From NCBI RefSeq assembly GCF_964204645.1, contig NC_134028.1, forward strand, positions 13,459,553 to 13,523,552: DNA of 64,000 nt, in the 5' to 3' direction. Under the pieces are notes generated by a model. That model did not search any database. It worked only from the letters and a program-made list of their open reading frames with translations, and had not been told where the DNA came from. The translations under genes were made by a program, and so were the position numbers. Shown one piece after another: positions 1 to 12,470 of the stretch (the stretch's first letter is position 1; each line of letters starts with the position of its first letter). This stretch comes from Tubulanus polymorphus (taxonomy: Eukaryota > Animalia > Nemertea).

Positions 1-214
1 TATTATCATGACCAATAACTTTTATATCAGCTGATAAATAAATACTATTTGGAACATAAAAAGTATTTTGTGTTAATCTAGGAATTCTAACATATAAAGT
101 TTCATCGGGATTAATATTTGAAGGATTATGAGTAATTATATGATGTGATCTTTCTGCTTTAATAGCATTAGATATTCTAGAAATCTTAGAAGGACTTATA
201 TAACTCCCACTCAT
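1..214 (-). CDS. Major capsid protein, 5' part (runs off window)
   Basis: MSGSYISPSK...ERSHHIITHNPSNINPDETLYVRIPR, near-identical to the 20059 and 50056 starts; start context TAAATG. Confidence 0.85.
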   Translation of the reverse strand, partial: MSGSYISPSKISRISNAIKAERSHHIITHNPSNINPDETLYVRIPRLTQNTFYVPNSIYLSADIKVIGHDN

Positions 215-234
215 TTATTTAACAAAAAAATTAA

Positions 235-1664
235 TTATTTATTTTTAATCATATTCACTAACCCAAAAATAATAGCACTTACAACTGTAATTAAAAATAA
301 AATAATATGTTCAGCAGCAAAGTTAAGAATATTCCCAGCAGATTTCAATATAAAACCAACAATTGATGCAATAACTCCGGGTAAAGCTGCAGCAGATTTT
401 TTAGATAGTTCCCATAAATATTTTGCTAATTTCTTTAAACCATCTTTAACTTTATCTTGTATAGAATTATCATTCGGGGGTTTATCCGGTTTATTGGGAG
501 TAGGAGTAGATTTTAAAGCATTTGATAATGCTAAACCAATTGTTGTAAATAACATAGTTACAGCTGTTAGAATTGAAAGAATTGTTATTCCTTCTAATTT
601 AAATAATAACTTTATTCTATCTTTCAATGATATTTCAGAATTTGGTTTTATCAACAAATCTTTAAAAATAACTTTTAATCTATTTATATTATAATCGTAT
701 GATTTTAACAATAATTTAATTTCTTCTTTTTGTAATTCTATGTTATATTCTAAATCATCAATTTCCTTTTCTAAATATGCATTTCTTTTTTTAAATTCAA
801 TTTCTTCAATAACTTTATTATCTCTATCTAATTTTAATTGTTCTATTTCTTTATTTTTATCAGTTAATTCTTTTTCTAAAGTTCTAATTTTTAAATCTCT
901 TATACTTTTATCATGCGCAATTTTATCAGCTTCATTTCTTATACTAATCATTTCTCTTATTGCTTTATCAGAAAATATATTATTTAAATCTTCTAATTCT
1001 TGATCTGTTGCATCAATTAATCCATTCGGTAAAAGTTTTTCAGTTTGAACTTCACTTGAATTAGGTTTACTAGTTTTGGAATTATCAGCTTCTTTAGTAA
1101 TTGTTTCTGGTTCTAAATTTTCATTAATTATCTTAAAAAAATAATCATTTCTTTTTTTAAATTCTCTTATATTAACATCTCTTTCTTCTTGTGTAACATC
1201 AGTTATAACATCATTAATGATTTTCTTAATTCTATCTGGTTTTAATAAATTAAAAGTTGATTGTGTTATTATTTTATCGAGACTTTTATTAGAAGAAATC
1301 TTAAAATAATAATCATCTTTCAAATGCCAATAATAATCACCATTTGAATATTTTAAATCTTCTACTAAATAATCCATACCTTTATTTGTTATATTGAAAC
1401 CAGATTTTCTTAATATTGGTTTAAAATCACTAGCAATTTCATTATATTTAAATTTTTTTCTATTAATTCTGTTACTTCATTTTCAATACTTATCTTTGAA
1501 CGTGTTTTATCAATAAATTCAGGTGTAGTTAAATTAGAATTACTTCCTGGCTCATTACCGTCATTAAAACTTGTTTCACTAAAATCAGGTTGTTGTTCAT
1601 CAGTTATGCCAGGTTCATCAAAATTATCCATTCCAATATCTTCTCCACCTCCTTCTACATCCAT
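235..1664 (-). pseudogene. Acidic N-terminus, coiled-coil and C-terminal transmembrane protein (frameshifted: ORFs 1410-1664 and 235-1377)
   Basis: Heptad-rich E/K region followed by hydrophobic segments ITILSILTAVTMLFTTIGLAL and IILFLITVVSAIIFGLV; homologous to 20079-21511. Confidence 0.75.
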
Positions 1665-1680
1665 TTATATATTAAAGAAA

Positions 1681-3055
1681 TTAAAATTTAAAATATAATG
1701 TTCCTCCTATAACAATTCCTATACAAGTTAAAGCTAATTAAGTATTTTCATGGAATTTATTATCATTATCAGTTTTAATTATATCATGTTGAATATTATC
1801 AGTTTTAATATTTTCTGTAGTATTTTAATCTTTTATTTTAGAATCATTATTTAATTTAATATTCTTAGTTTTAGTTTCTGTTGATTGAATATGTTTTTTA
1901 TTTTTTTCACCTTCCATTAATTTTGGAGCAGTGATAATCTTTTTATTTATATCATTTAATCCAAATGAATTATTTATTGTTGCAGTTTTAATTAGATTAT
2001 TGTAACCAATTATGTTTCCCATCTTTAGTACTAAATCATTAGAAATAATTAATAGATTAGGTCCTATACAATAATTTAATCTAATATGTGCTTTTGATAT
2101 CTTACAATGTTTTCTGGAATCGATCTATTTTTATCATTATGAATGGAATCTTCAAATTAAACTTTGAATTGTTTCTGCGCATCGAATGAAGTGTTATCAT
2201 TTCCAATTATTGGGGATCTTGTTTCAACTTGCGCACCTAAAATACATATCAAATAAGTTCTAATAGATTGATTTATTCTTTGTATACCTGATTTTGTAAA
2301 ACCTTCATTATTTTCTAAAATGAAATAAACCCAACCATTATTGTTTTCTTGTTTTAAATTATCATAAAATGTCGGTAATTTATTGAAATTTAATGTTTCA
2401 AAATCCTTAGTTTCTATTTTACCATAACCTAATTTATTACTATAGATATTATACAAACTATTAGATGGTATGGGAAGTGCACAATATTCTGCAATCTTTT
2501 TAGGGCAAGGAAGTGATCTTATTGTTCCCTTTTTGTTCTAAAATCAGAATTATTTATATCTATATTAAATTCATTACAAATGTTATAAAACTTTGATAAA
2601 TTAATTTTATTATCTAATTCTTTAAAATACCTAGATCCTGGTAAAGCGCACTCTAATTCATTTAATATTATTCTGATTTGAAAGTATGTATGAAATCTAA
2701 ATAAACTTTGAATTAATTTATATTTAGAATTATTCAAATGATCATTCCAACTAATTCCACATCCTGTTGTTGCACAATAAACAGCAAAATTTAATTGGTT
2801 CTGCCAATACTTCATATTAGATTTTAATAACCATTGTTTTTCATCTTTCAATTTTTTAAAATTAATTAAATATACATGAAATATATTTTCCATCTTTGCA
2901 TTAAAATTATTAGTTTCAGTAACATAAATTTCTAAATTAGTTAATGAATCTAAAACTTCATTTCTATATGTAATATCTTTATTAAAATATATTGCTGGAA
3001 TATTATATTTAATTGATTTATTATATTGGAAAGCTTTTGGAAAACCATCTACCAT
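1681..3055 (-). pseudogene. Conserved viral protein of unknown function with C-terminal TM anchor (fragmented)
   Basis: ORFs 2519-3055, 2157-2456 and 1825-2022 are collinear with 21533-22828; motif WQNQLNFAVYCATTGCGISW...FRFH. Confidence 0.75.
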
Positions 3056-3083
3056 TTATTTAATTAAAAAATTAATAATTTAT

Positions 3084-3506
3084 TTATTCTTTTAATAATT
3101 TATCTTGTTCTTCAACTGTGATATGACCATTTAAACTTATTATATAATCTAATGTATTCTTTAATTTATTAATTTCTTTAATATTAGTTTTAATTTTTTC
3201 TTGATTACTTTTTATATTTAATTTTGAACTTATACCAGTTAAAACACTTGAACTTAATCCTAATACACCAATTGATATAGCTAAAGGTGTTAATGGACTG
3301 AATATTGCTAGAAATGTTATTACAGAACTAATTGTAACCGAACCACTGATAATAAGATAATATATAATTTTACTTTTTAAATATTTTTTCTTTTTCATCT
3401 TTAAGTCACTTTCAAATTCTAATATTTGTTTTTCTAAATATATTTTTAATTTAGTTTTATTTATATCATGAGGAATAATATCAATACTATCAACTTTATC
3501 TTCCAT
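3084..3506 (-). CDS. Small two-TM membrane protein
   Basis: Two hydrophobic helices flanked by basic coiled-coil; near-identical to 22845-23279. Confidence 0.75.
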   Translation of the reverse strand: MEDKVDSIDIIPHDINKTKLKIYLEKQILEFESDLKMKKKKYLKSKIIYYLIISGSVTISSVITFLAIFSPLTPLAISIGVLGLSSSVLTGISSKLNIKSNQEKIKTNIKEINKLKNTLDYIISLNGHITVEEQDKLLKE

Positions 3507-3526
3507 TTATTTAGAAAAAAAAATTA

Positions 3527-3989
3527 CTAGTTAGTAAATTTATATGCTACAAATATAACAATAACAGTTCCACCTAAAATCCAAATTATTTCATATTTCT
3601 GTTGTTCTTTACTTGGGGTATAATAATCTGATAATTTAGGTTTGTATAGATGTAATTTTTCTTTCTTGGTTACCGCGTTATATAAACTCATTGCATCATC
3701 AACTGATTGAAAATCTCTATGTGAAATCTTCTGATCATATAATTCCTTGTTAATATAATCCATATAGTTTTGTCGTTTTTCTCTGTATTCTTCTGCTGTT
3801 TATTATATTTCTCTTATGCATAGTTTTATCCGATATATTATAACAAGAATTACATAAACTTATATTTACTAATTTTAAATCAACACAATTCTTAAATTCT
3901 CTATCTAATTGAACTAGTAAATTATGTGATTTATAATTTGTAAGTTTTCTAGAATCAACAAATATTCTGTATTCTTTTAGTTCTACCAT
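3527..3989 (-). pseudogene. Deletion fusion of penton 5' end and the 3' part of the 140-aa membrane gene
   Basis: The 5' part matches the 25095 start (MxELKEYRIFVDSRK) and the 3' part matches 23300-23600; about 1.3 kb present in copy B is missing at about 3822. Confidence 0.8.
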
Positions 3990-4057
3990 TATTTATAACA
4001 TAAAAAAATTACCGCTCATCACTAAAAATTAATTTTAATAAAATTTGTCCTTAATAA

Positions 4058-5374
4058 ATGGATGAGAAGATACCATGCGAAATTTGTGGTGAACTTCTAA
4101 GAAAAAGTAATATGGCTCGACATATGAAAAAACATGATGAAAATTATAAACCCCCTAAACTAAACTGTCCAAAATGTAATAAATTATTCTCAAGAAATTA
4201 TGTTAAAAAACATTCAGAGAAGTGTAAAATTAATGGTGCAACGGCTAATGTTGATAGTAATGAAAGTAATAGTAATTCTGCTGAAGTTGTACCTGAAATT
4301 ATTTGGAAAAGACCTTTCTTATTCTATGATAAGGATAATATAAAAGATCATTTCTGCGAGCCTTGTCGAGTAAAATATAGCCCTGAAATATAGAAGATTG
4401 GGAGAATCATCAATTTCGTAAAGTACATATAGATAAAATTTCTTATAAATTTGAAACTGAATTCAATGAAAGAAAAATAGTTTATTAGAAAAAATTAAAT
4501 ATGAGAAAACGTTAACAGTTGAAAAGTTAGAAAAACAATATAATGAATTAACAAGAAAAACATATTATTGTAAATATTGTAAATTGATTATTACAACAAG
4601 TAATTCAAATCTACATAATAGAACAATAAAGCATAAAGAAAACGTAAGAAAATACCAAGAGCTTAATGAAGATCTATTACCAATAAATTATAAACGAAAA
4701 TGCCCACAATGTAATTACGCGACCTTAAGACAAGAAGGTACTGTGTTATTTTGTGTTGATTGTGGATGGCAAAGGAATTTATGGGGTGAAGAAAAAACTA
4801 GAAATTTTCTCATAGAACCAAAATTAAATTATCTAGATGAAATTTTTAAAATATTTTCTATAGAAGATCATACACCGGAATATATGCAATGGCTTGAAAA
4901 AATGAAAATAATAGAAAATAAAAATGGTGAAATAACTAAAAAAGATATTATAAAAACAATTATTCCGTCAACATTTAACACAAAACAAAAGAAAATGTAT
5001 TTATATTTATTATTTAACGATTATTATGATAAAACCTAAATTAACAGAAGAAGATATGGAAAATATAAAAAAAAATATTCAAACAAATATTAATGTATCA
5101 TTTGGAAAATAGAATAACAGATTCAATTAATTATGAATTCTTTTTAAATAAGATTGTAAATTATTTAAACATAGATATTATAATTCCATTTGACGAATTA
5201 ACAAACAAAAAGAAACAAAGAGAGCGAGATGAAATGTGGAACATGATAGAACTTTATTTAAATGAGAAAAATGAAATGGAAGAAGAACCTAAACAAATTA
5301 TACAAGAACAATTATATGAAAATGAAGAAGCCAATAGTGATTTCGAGTATGATGATATTGATTTTATGTTTTAA
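4058..5374 (+). pseudogene. C2H2 zinc-finger region plus poxvirus late transcription factor VLTF-3 (A2L)-like domain, fragmented
   Basis: CEICG..HMKKH finger; Zn ribbon CPQC-x13-CVDCG; KLNYLDEIF; ENRITDSINYEFFLNKIV...DEMWNMI resembles vaccinia A2L ENTPSKTINYSFFLDKIF...LVWENF (recalled from memory). Confidence 0.65.
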
Positions 5375-8300
5375 TGGCCATAAGGTAATGTTTTTATACC
5401 ATCATCTAAAATATGCCTTTTATCATCAAATGGATTCAAACTAGTTTTTTCAACTTCATTAATGTACATCTCGTGATCTTCTGATCTTAAACAATTCATT
5501 TTGTGTTTCATTACAATTGATTTATATAAACACTTTATATAATCTTGAAATTCTATATGTTTATCAACCACATGTTTTGTTATTCCTTTTAACTTTTTAG
5601 CTTCATGATCTTTTGTTCTGTAACTATACATTTTACTTCTTATCCCAACAAATTCAATCATTTCATCACCCCCTAATTCATCTTTAAACTTACCAGGAAT
5701 CTGTTTATTATCATTGCTAAATAGTTCATGATCTTTGGGATAATTGTTAAAATCAAAATGATGTTTTGATGTTTTTAAGTCTTTTGTTATGTCATTTGTC
5801 TTGATTTTTAGTATGTAGGCGTCAGTATTTTTGGCTATTAATGGAAATCCACAGTTAAATGTACCATCTTCAGTTGATAAATCATAAACATAATCTGTTG
5901 GGTTATATATTTCAAATAAATCTTTAACTTCATCTGTTACCTCATTTTCTACATGGCTTAAATTAAAGCAATTTGGTTTAGATTTAATCAATCCAATATT
6001 CATATCAAAACCTAATGAATTGCATAATATATTCAATCCTGATATAGCAACTTTTCCTTTTTGAGCTAAAGATATTGTTTTGCGATTTTTGAAACTTTTA
6101 GTACCATCTGCTGCGTAGAATCCAATGAAGAACCATTTTCTTAAATTATTTTTTACATTTAATACATAATCTGGAACTATCTTTTCTTTAGTTGAAGTAT
6201 TACTTTTCACTATTGCATGAATATAGAATTCGTCATTATATTTTATAGCAAAATCTTTAGGATTATTCACATGTATTCTATAACATTGCGATGATTTCAT
6301 AACATCTATGATTTTGAATGTTTTATGTGAATAAACTTCTTCACAGAATTTCTTTATTCTTTCTAATAATTTCAAATCTTGATTGCATAAATACCAGCAA
6401 TATTGAGTGCGATTAACATAATTATACAAACCTGCTGAACCATCACCCATGAAAAATCCTTTGATAAAATATTCTTTTTCTTCTAATGTTTCGGGTTCTA
6501 TATTATAAATATTATCAATAATTTCATCAAATGACATATGATTCATTCTTTGGAAAAATCTTTTATGTAATAATTCATCTCCAATTTTTATATCAGTTGG
6601 TTTTATTTCATCACCATTTCGTTTAATCAAACTATGATCTTCTGTAACGTCTACAAACCTTAATTTAGTTCTAACTCTATAGATTTTCTTATTTGTTTTA
6701 TGCTTAATAATATTCTTTAATTTTTTCCATCCATTTCTTGTCCAAACATCCATTAATCCATTTATTTGTATTAATTCTTTTTCACCATATGAAATATAAC
6801 ATTAATTTTGTTTTGGAATTATTTCTGAAATTCTTCTTATCAATATTTTATCATTACATTTTAATAATATTGGGGTGTCAGCTGTTACAGAATCAAAATA
6901 TAATATTTCAATATGATTTTCCCCAAAAAGTGGTTGTAAAACCTTAATAATTTTAATACTTCTAAAACAGTTGAACCAATGAATATAGGTTTATTAAATT
7001 TCATTGACGTTCTTTTTAATTTAACTGCTGTTAAATAATCTTCAAATCTTTTATTTCCTAAATGTCTAGGACTTGATTGTAAATGTCTTAATCGTTCAGA
7101 ATTATTTACTAATTCAATATTATTTCTATTTCTAATATTTTCACATGTTTTACCATAAAAACTATTATTCATTAATTTGAAGAAATCTTTTTCAAAATCT
7201 GTTTTTGATATTGTTCTCTGTTGAGTATTGAAATCTATATATTTTTCTAACCACTTCGATTGATTAAATTCAATATATCTATGTACTTTCTTTAATTTCA
7301 TTCCTTGTTTTAGATAAAATTTTAACATTTTATAATGAACAATATAATTGTATTTATTATTTTGAGTAAGTATTAATTTTTCTGTAAAAACATGATCTTT
7401 CGGTTTTATTTTCTTCTGGTATTCACTTAAATAACTATCATCTACAGTTAAATGTTCTGGGCAATAAGGTAAGTTTCTTGTTTTAAACTTTATATTTTCA
7501 GGATATTCTAAATCAACTACAAAGAAATAACCAATTGGTGCTTCATCTTTTAAACTCGCAATTGCGCTTTCCCAATTAGTTTTATCATCATTTTCAACGT
7601 CTGTTAATATAAAATTTTTATATGGTTGAGGTTGCATCATTGCCCAACCATATAAATTATTGGCGTCAATATATAATAATTTATATTCATCATTTGCTTT
7701 AAAATACCTATCTCCCATAACACCACTAATTCCTCCTCTAATTGATTTTTCAAATAATAAAACCATATCTGGTTCTTTTAATAAATCTAATTCTACATTT
7801 GTATATTTTAAACCACATTGCCAGGTTAAACCAGGACTAGAGTAGCAATAACAAGGATCAACATGAAAATGATTCAAATTAACTTCTCTAAATTTTTCAA
7901 ATATGTCAGCCAATATCATAACATCTGATTTTAAATACAAATCAACTAATTCACCATGATTTTTCATCTTAAAATGGTTCCAAATATTTAATGTTCTATT
8001 AAACACTTCGTCTTTCACATACTCCTCTTTCAATTGATCATAAAATGGATCTTTTAATAATTCTGTTACATTAAAATCATTGTGTGTTTTATAAAATGAA
8101 TAAGGAATTGCGCCTTTATATCTCAATAATTTAAAATCTTGTTCATTTGGATAATAATATCGAGTTATAACAAAATCATTATCAACTAAACTTTTTGATA
8201 AATTATCTAATGAACTTGCTAGAAATCTATAAGAATTTAAAAATCTAATGCAACCAAATTGAAATGAAATATAATTTTCAGATGTTTTAGCTAATAGTTT

Positions 8301-9446
8301 AAAATCATATTTTCTTACATTTACACCATTAATAGCATTATATTCTTCTAATTCTTGATTAATTGCGCCCAATTTCTTTGATAATTGTTTTATAAATAGA
8401 TGGGTATCATAGCCTGATAAATTATGAAATAATATTGGTACGAAATTAACTTTCTTAGCTTGTAAATTACAATCTTCATGAGCAGCTCAACGATATTTTG
8501 AATTTAAATGATCATGATCTCTAACTTTTTTATCAAATGAATAAAAACGTTTTTCACAATAACAACAATGAGTTGCATAATTAAAATCAATTTCATCTTC
8601 TTTTGTCATAACTATTCTTTTATTTTTGTTTAATAATTTTGCAAAATCACTTTCTAATTCAATCATTTTGTTACAAAAATCATTAACTACATCTTCACCT
8701 CTAAAAGAAATATATTGACTTTCATATAATTCAGGATAATTTGATTTTATATAAATTCCATAAGCAGCAGCTCTTTGATGAACTTTTTTAATTGTATTTA
8801 TAATTGGCGGGTCTTGTGTTGTGTCTTCATTTAATTCATTTCCTTTATCCATTGATTTTAATAATTGCTTTTTGTTATATATTTCTTTTCTATCTTGATC
8901 AGTTAATTCTTTATTCAACGATTCAAAATCCCCATAAATTACAAATGGAACAATATTCTTAAATTTATTTTTAGTAAATTTCAATTTATAATCTTTTTCT
9001 GTTGGCATTATTAATTTACAAAAATCTTTATTATCACATAATTCTTTATGTTTTAATAATGTATTCTTAGTCATAAATTTAGATAAACATTTTCTACATA
9101 GATAAATTTTATGATGATGATCACTTTCTGTTCTAAAGAATAAATCAATTTTTTATCATCAAAATAATCTTTTCCTAAAACATTATTACTCAAATTTTGA
9201 TGGTGTTTTTGTGATTCGAGATGTCTATTATAATTCCTTTTTACTATAAATTCATTACAAACTTCACATTTTATTTCATCCACATTCATATTTTCTAATC
9301 TTTCTTTTCTTTCATTGGAATTTTCTGGAGTTTCAAAATCTATTACATTTTTTATATGATTTGCAGTTTTTTCATGTCGTGTTTTATGAGATGTATTGAT
9401 TTATTTTTTTTATAATATGTGCAATAATATTGATTTTTATAAACAT
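5371..9446 (-). pseudogene. polB: Protein-primed family B DNA polymerase (pPolB), frameshifted, intein-containing
   Basis: YGDFES (ExoI), DHDHL, YLKSDV, YIDANNLYGWAM (motif A), KLMNNSFYGK (motif B), YFD|TD (motif C), KMY, KGI, FDDKR; N-terminal zinc fingers. Confidence 0.92.
5827..6891 (-). mobile_element. Intein with LAGLIDADG homing endonuclease in pPolB motif C (355 codons, one internal TAA at 6802-6804)
   Basis: YFD|SVTADTPILL (block A); VDVTEDHSL (block B TxxH); FIKGFFMGDGS and FFIGFYAADGT (two LAGLIDADG motifs); YVYDLSTEDGTF (block F); LIAKN|TDAY (terminal Asn, +1 Thr). Copy C reads YFDTDSY without an insert. Confidence 0.93.
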
Positions 9447-9614
9447 TATTATTTTCTGGCTGGTGTTCATTCTCCCCCATTTATTGGGAAAAAAAATTAC
9501 TTGTGGTGATGAGTGGTGTTTCGCCCGCTCCCCGCTGATCTGAAAGCCCACTTTCCCAATTACTACTAATCTATAAAATGAAACCTGATTTAACACAACT
9601 TATTTCCTGAACAG

Positions 9615-12464
9615 TTACTGCACATAGTCATTGTAACGCGATGGTGGTCTCACCACTCTACCCGATCGAGTGGTAGTTAGTTCAGTTTGTGCATCATCCG
9701 AAGCCGTAGTCATTGACTCTGGAACTGACAAGTCATCGATGGTTGCCGGAAAGTGTTCCTCCTGTGTTCTGCTCAACTGACGCCTATTTCTGCGATAATA
9801 TTGTCCTGATTCAGCGACAACATTGTACGAACGCGGTTGTGGTGGAGAGCTAACCACGCGAGCTGGTTTCCATCGCTTATTATCACGAATTCGAACGCCA
9901 ATCGTTAGAGGTTGCGCTCGCTCCACGATCGTAGTATCTCTTTTGCCGCCAGCGTTTCTCCTCTATGTTACGACGCGTTGTAGTTGGATCGCTGACTCTC
10001 GGACACAACATGTTTTCAGTTGCAGGTATGATTGAGTTTAATCTGCGATTCATCAATACCTGACTCGGTCACGATCGATTGGAGTATTTCGGTACCCCAG
10101 AAGCGCTAGGTACGGATCGTTTCCGCTTTCCTTACACTTTGTGAGTATGGTTGAATCCCCATTCTCATGAGAATCGCTTAAACTCCTGTGAGCTGTACTG
10201 TGGACCGTTGTCACTTACAACCTCCTTAGGAATTCCATGTCTCGCGAAGAGAGATTTCATATGTGTAATCACGGTAAGCGATGTTTTATTTGACAGTTTC
10301 GCTATTTCTGGATAACGTGAGAAATAATCCACCACGCGAACGTAATCGCCACCGTCCCATTCAAACAAATCCGACGCGACCACTTCCCATGGTCTTGCCG
10401 GAACGACGTGTGACATCATCGGCTCTTTTACATTCGCGTTTTGATGTTCTAGACATATTTACTGAGACACCATATCTTTGACCTGGGCCGTCATGCCTGG
10501 CCAAAATAACAGATCGCACGCACGCTTGATGCTCTTTTTCTACGCCAAAATGACCAACGTGTATTCGCTAAAGCATTTCTTTGCGTAACGCTTTGGGAGC
10601 TAGGATTCGATTTCCTTTCAGAATCAGTCCGTCTACTACAGTTAACTCGTTTCGCACACTGTAGTACGTGTTCAATTCCAACGGTAATTTCTCTCGCTTT
10701 GTCGCCCAACCGGTTGCTATCTCATGTGTTAATTGACACATGGACTGGTCTCTACCCAATTCCGACTTAAGCTCCTGTAGCTTTTCATGTGACATACGTT
10801 CGTTCGCTACGACCATGTTGACATATTCTTCGACTTCATTGTCCATGTTTCCCGATGTGTCTGGCAGTGGTGCCCGGGATAACATGTCCGCTATTAATAG
10901 TAGCTTTCCGGGTTTATATCGCACTACAAACGAGTATCGCTGAATACGTAATAACATTCTCTGTAGACGCGGGGGTGCTGCTGCTAGAGGCTGTTTTAGT
11001 ATTGCCTCTAGAGGCTTATGACCCGTTTCGATGTCAACCGTTTGACCGCAAGTGTATTGGTTGAATCGTTCCAACCCAAACACGATGGCTAACAGTTCTT
11101 TCTCAATCTGCTTATAGTTCATCTCCGCTTTTGTCAACGAACAAGATGCGTATGCAACAGGACGATTTTCCTGTAGCAGAACTGAGCCCGGACGAAACTG
11201 AGAAGCATCACCACTCACAGTGACCGGTTTCGTCACATCGAAGTACGTCAAGACTGGTCCCGGCTCACGCGTTAACACATCCTTCAGTACTTTGAATGCT
11301 TCGATCTGAGGTTTTTGCCACGCAAATTCCACATCATCGTGTAGTAACTCTCAAATCGGTGCTGTAATTTTCGACATATTTGGCACGAACTTAGCCAAAT
11401 AGTTAACAGTGCCCAACAGACGTTGCACTCCCTGCTTATCGGTGGGTGCCGGCATCTCGCTGATTGCCGTGATTTTCGCTTGCTGCGGTCTTACACCGTT
11501 AGCGGTAAACGTGTGACCAATGTAATCGATCTCTGGAACCGAGAACTCACACTTCGGTAGATTAAGTGTCAGTCCTATTTCTTTACGACGTTGCAATACC
11601 GCATGTAACCGCTGGTCGTGTTGCTGTTGATTTACGCCCCACACGATCATGTCGTCTATGTCCGTTTCGACACCCTCGATATCGTCGAAAAGTTTTGCTA
11701 TACGCTTTTGGAACAATTCCTGCGCCGATTTGATCCCGAATGGCATGCGACGAAACGCATATCGCCCGAACGCGCAATTAAAAGTGGTTAGTAGCTGCGA
11801 ACCTTCATCTAACGGTATCTGCCAGTATCCCGAGTTCGCGTCGAGTTTTGAGAATACTTTAGCTCCTGACATCCGCGATGCAATTTCCTCGACCGTGGTT
11901 AACTGGTAATGATCCCGTTTTATTGCGTTGTTGAGGTCTCTGCTGTCTAAACATGCGTAAATCTCCCGATTTTTTAGCTACTATAACAATATTGCTCACC
12001 CAATCTGTGGGTTCCTCGACTTAACGGATTACTCCGTCGCTTTCCATTTTGCCTAATGTCACTTTTAATTTATCTCGTAACGCAATCGGTTCTTTTCTGG
12101 GTGGCCTGATCACCGGTTCGATCGACTCATCCACTGTGATCTTGTATGGCTCTTCCAAACAACCCAAGCCCGTGAATACCAACTTGTTTTCTTCAACTAT
12201 GTTGTTTGTACTAATGTTCATTACGACGTTTATCAGCTCCAAATCCCGCGACGCACAAAATTCGAGGACTGGAGTCTGATCTGTTTCTACCACATAAAAC
12301 TTTAAGAACTTTCCTCCGCATCTAATCACGCACGTACCCGTTACCGGTATGTTATTGCCGCTAGTCAACTTGGTTTTTGCCGCTGTCAGTTTGGGAGCCC
12401 GTTTATTGCACTGTAGTTGTCTAAAGTTCTTAGCTGGAAGTATGTTTACCTGAGACCCTGTGTC
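9615..12464 (-). pseudogene. pol: Gypsy pol: protease C-half, reverse transcriptase, RNase H, integrase
   Basis: DTGSQVNILP; LDANSGYWQ, MPFG, DIDDMIV (RT); DASQ, YKQIEKELLAI (RNase H); ASDLF, VDYFS, SDNGPQY (integrase); several stops and frameshifts. Confidence 0.92.
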
Positions 12465-12470
12465 AATATA

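Larger units (their letters stand above)
1..9567 (-). mobile_element. Polinton/Maverick-like endogenous virus, copy A (left part outside window, degraded)
   Basis: pPolB, capsid gene start, penton remnant and membrane genes syntenic with copy B. The terminus on the - strand reads AGTAGTAATTGGGAAAGTGGGCTTTCA from 9567, similar to the copy B TIR end and to the AG-starting Polinton termini. Confidence 0.9.

Noticed and set aside
494-1003. Plus-strand ORFs (also 20152-21096, 7660-7845, 17977-18249, 48132-48446)
   Set aside because: Antisense shadows of genuine minus-strand genes.
5827-6891. Hedgehog-type Hint domain or group I intron instead of an intein
   Set aside because: The insert is in frame at the pol-c site with Ser1, Asn-Thr junctions and an internal LAGLIDADG pair, and an empty allele is present in the window.
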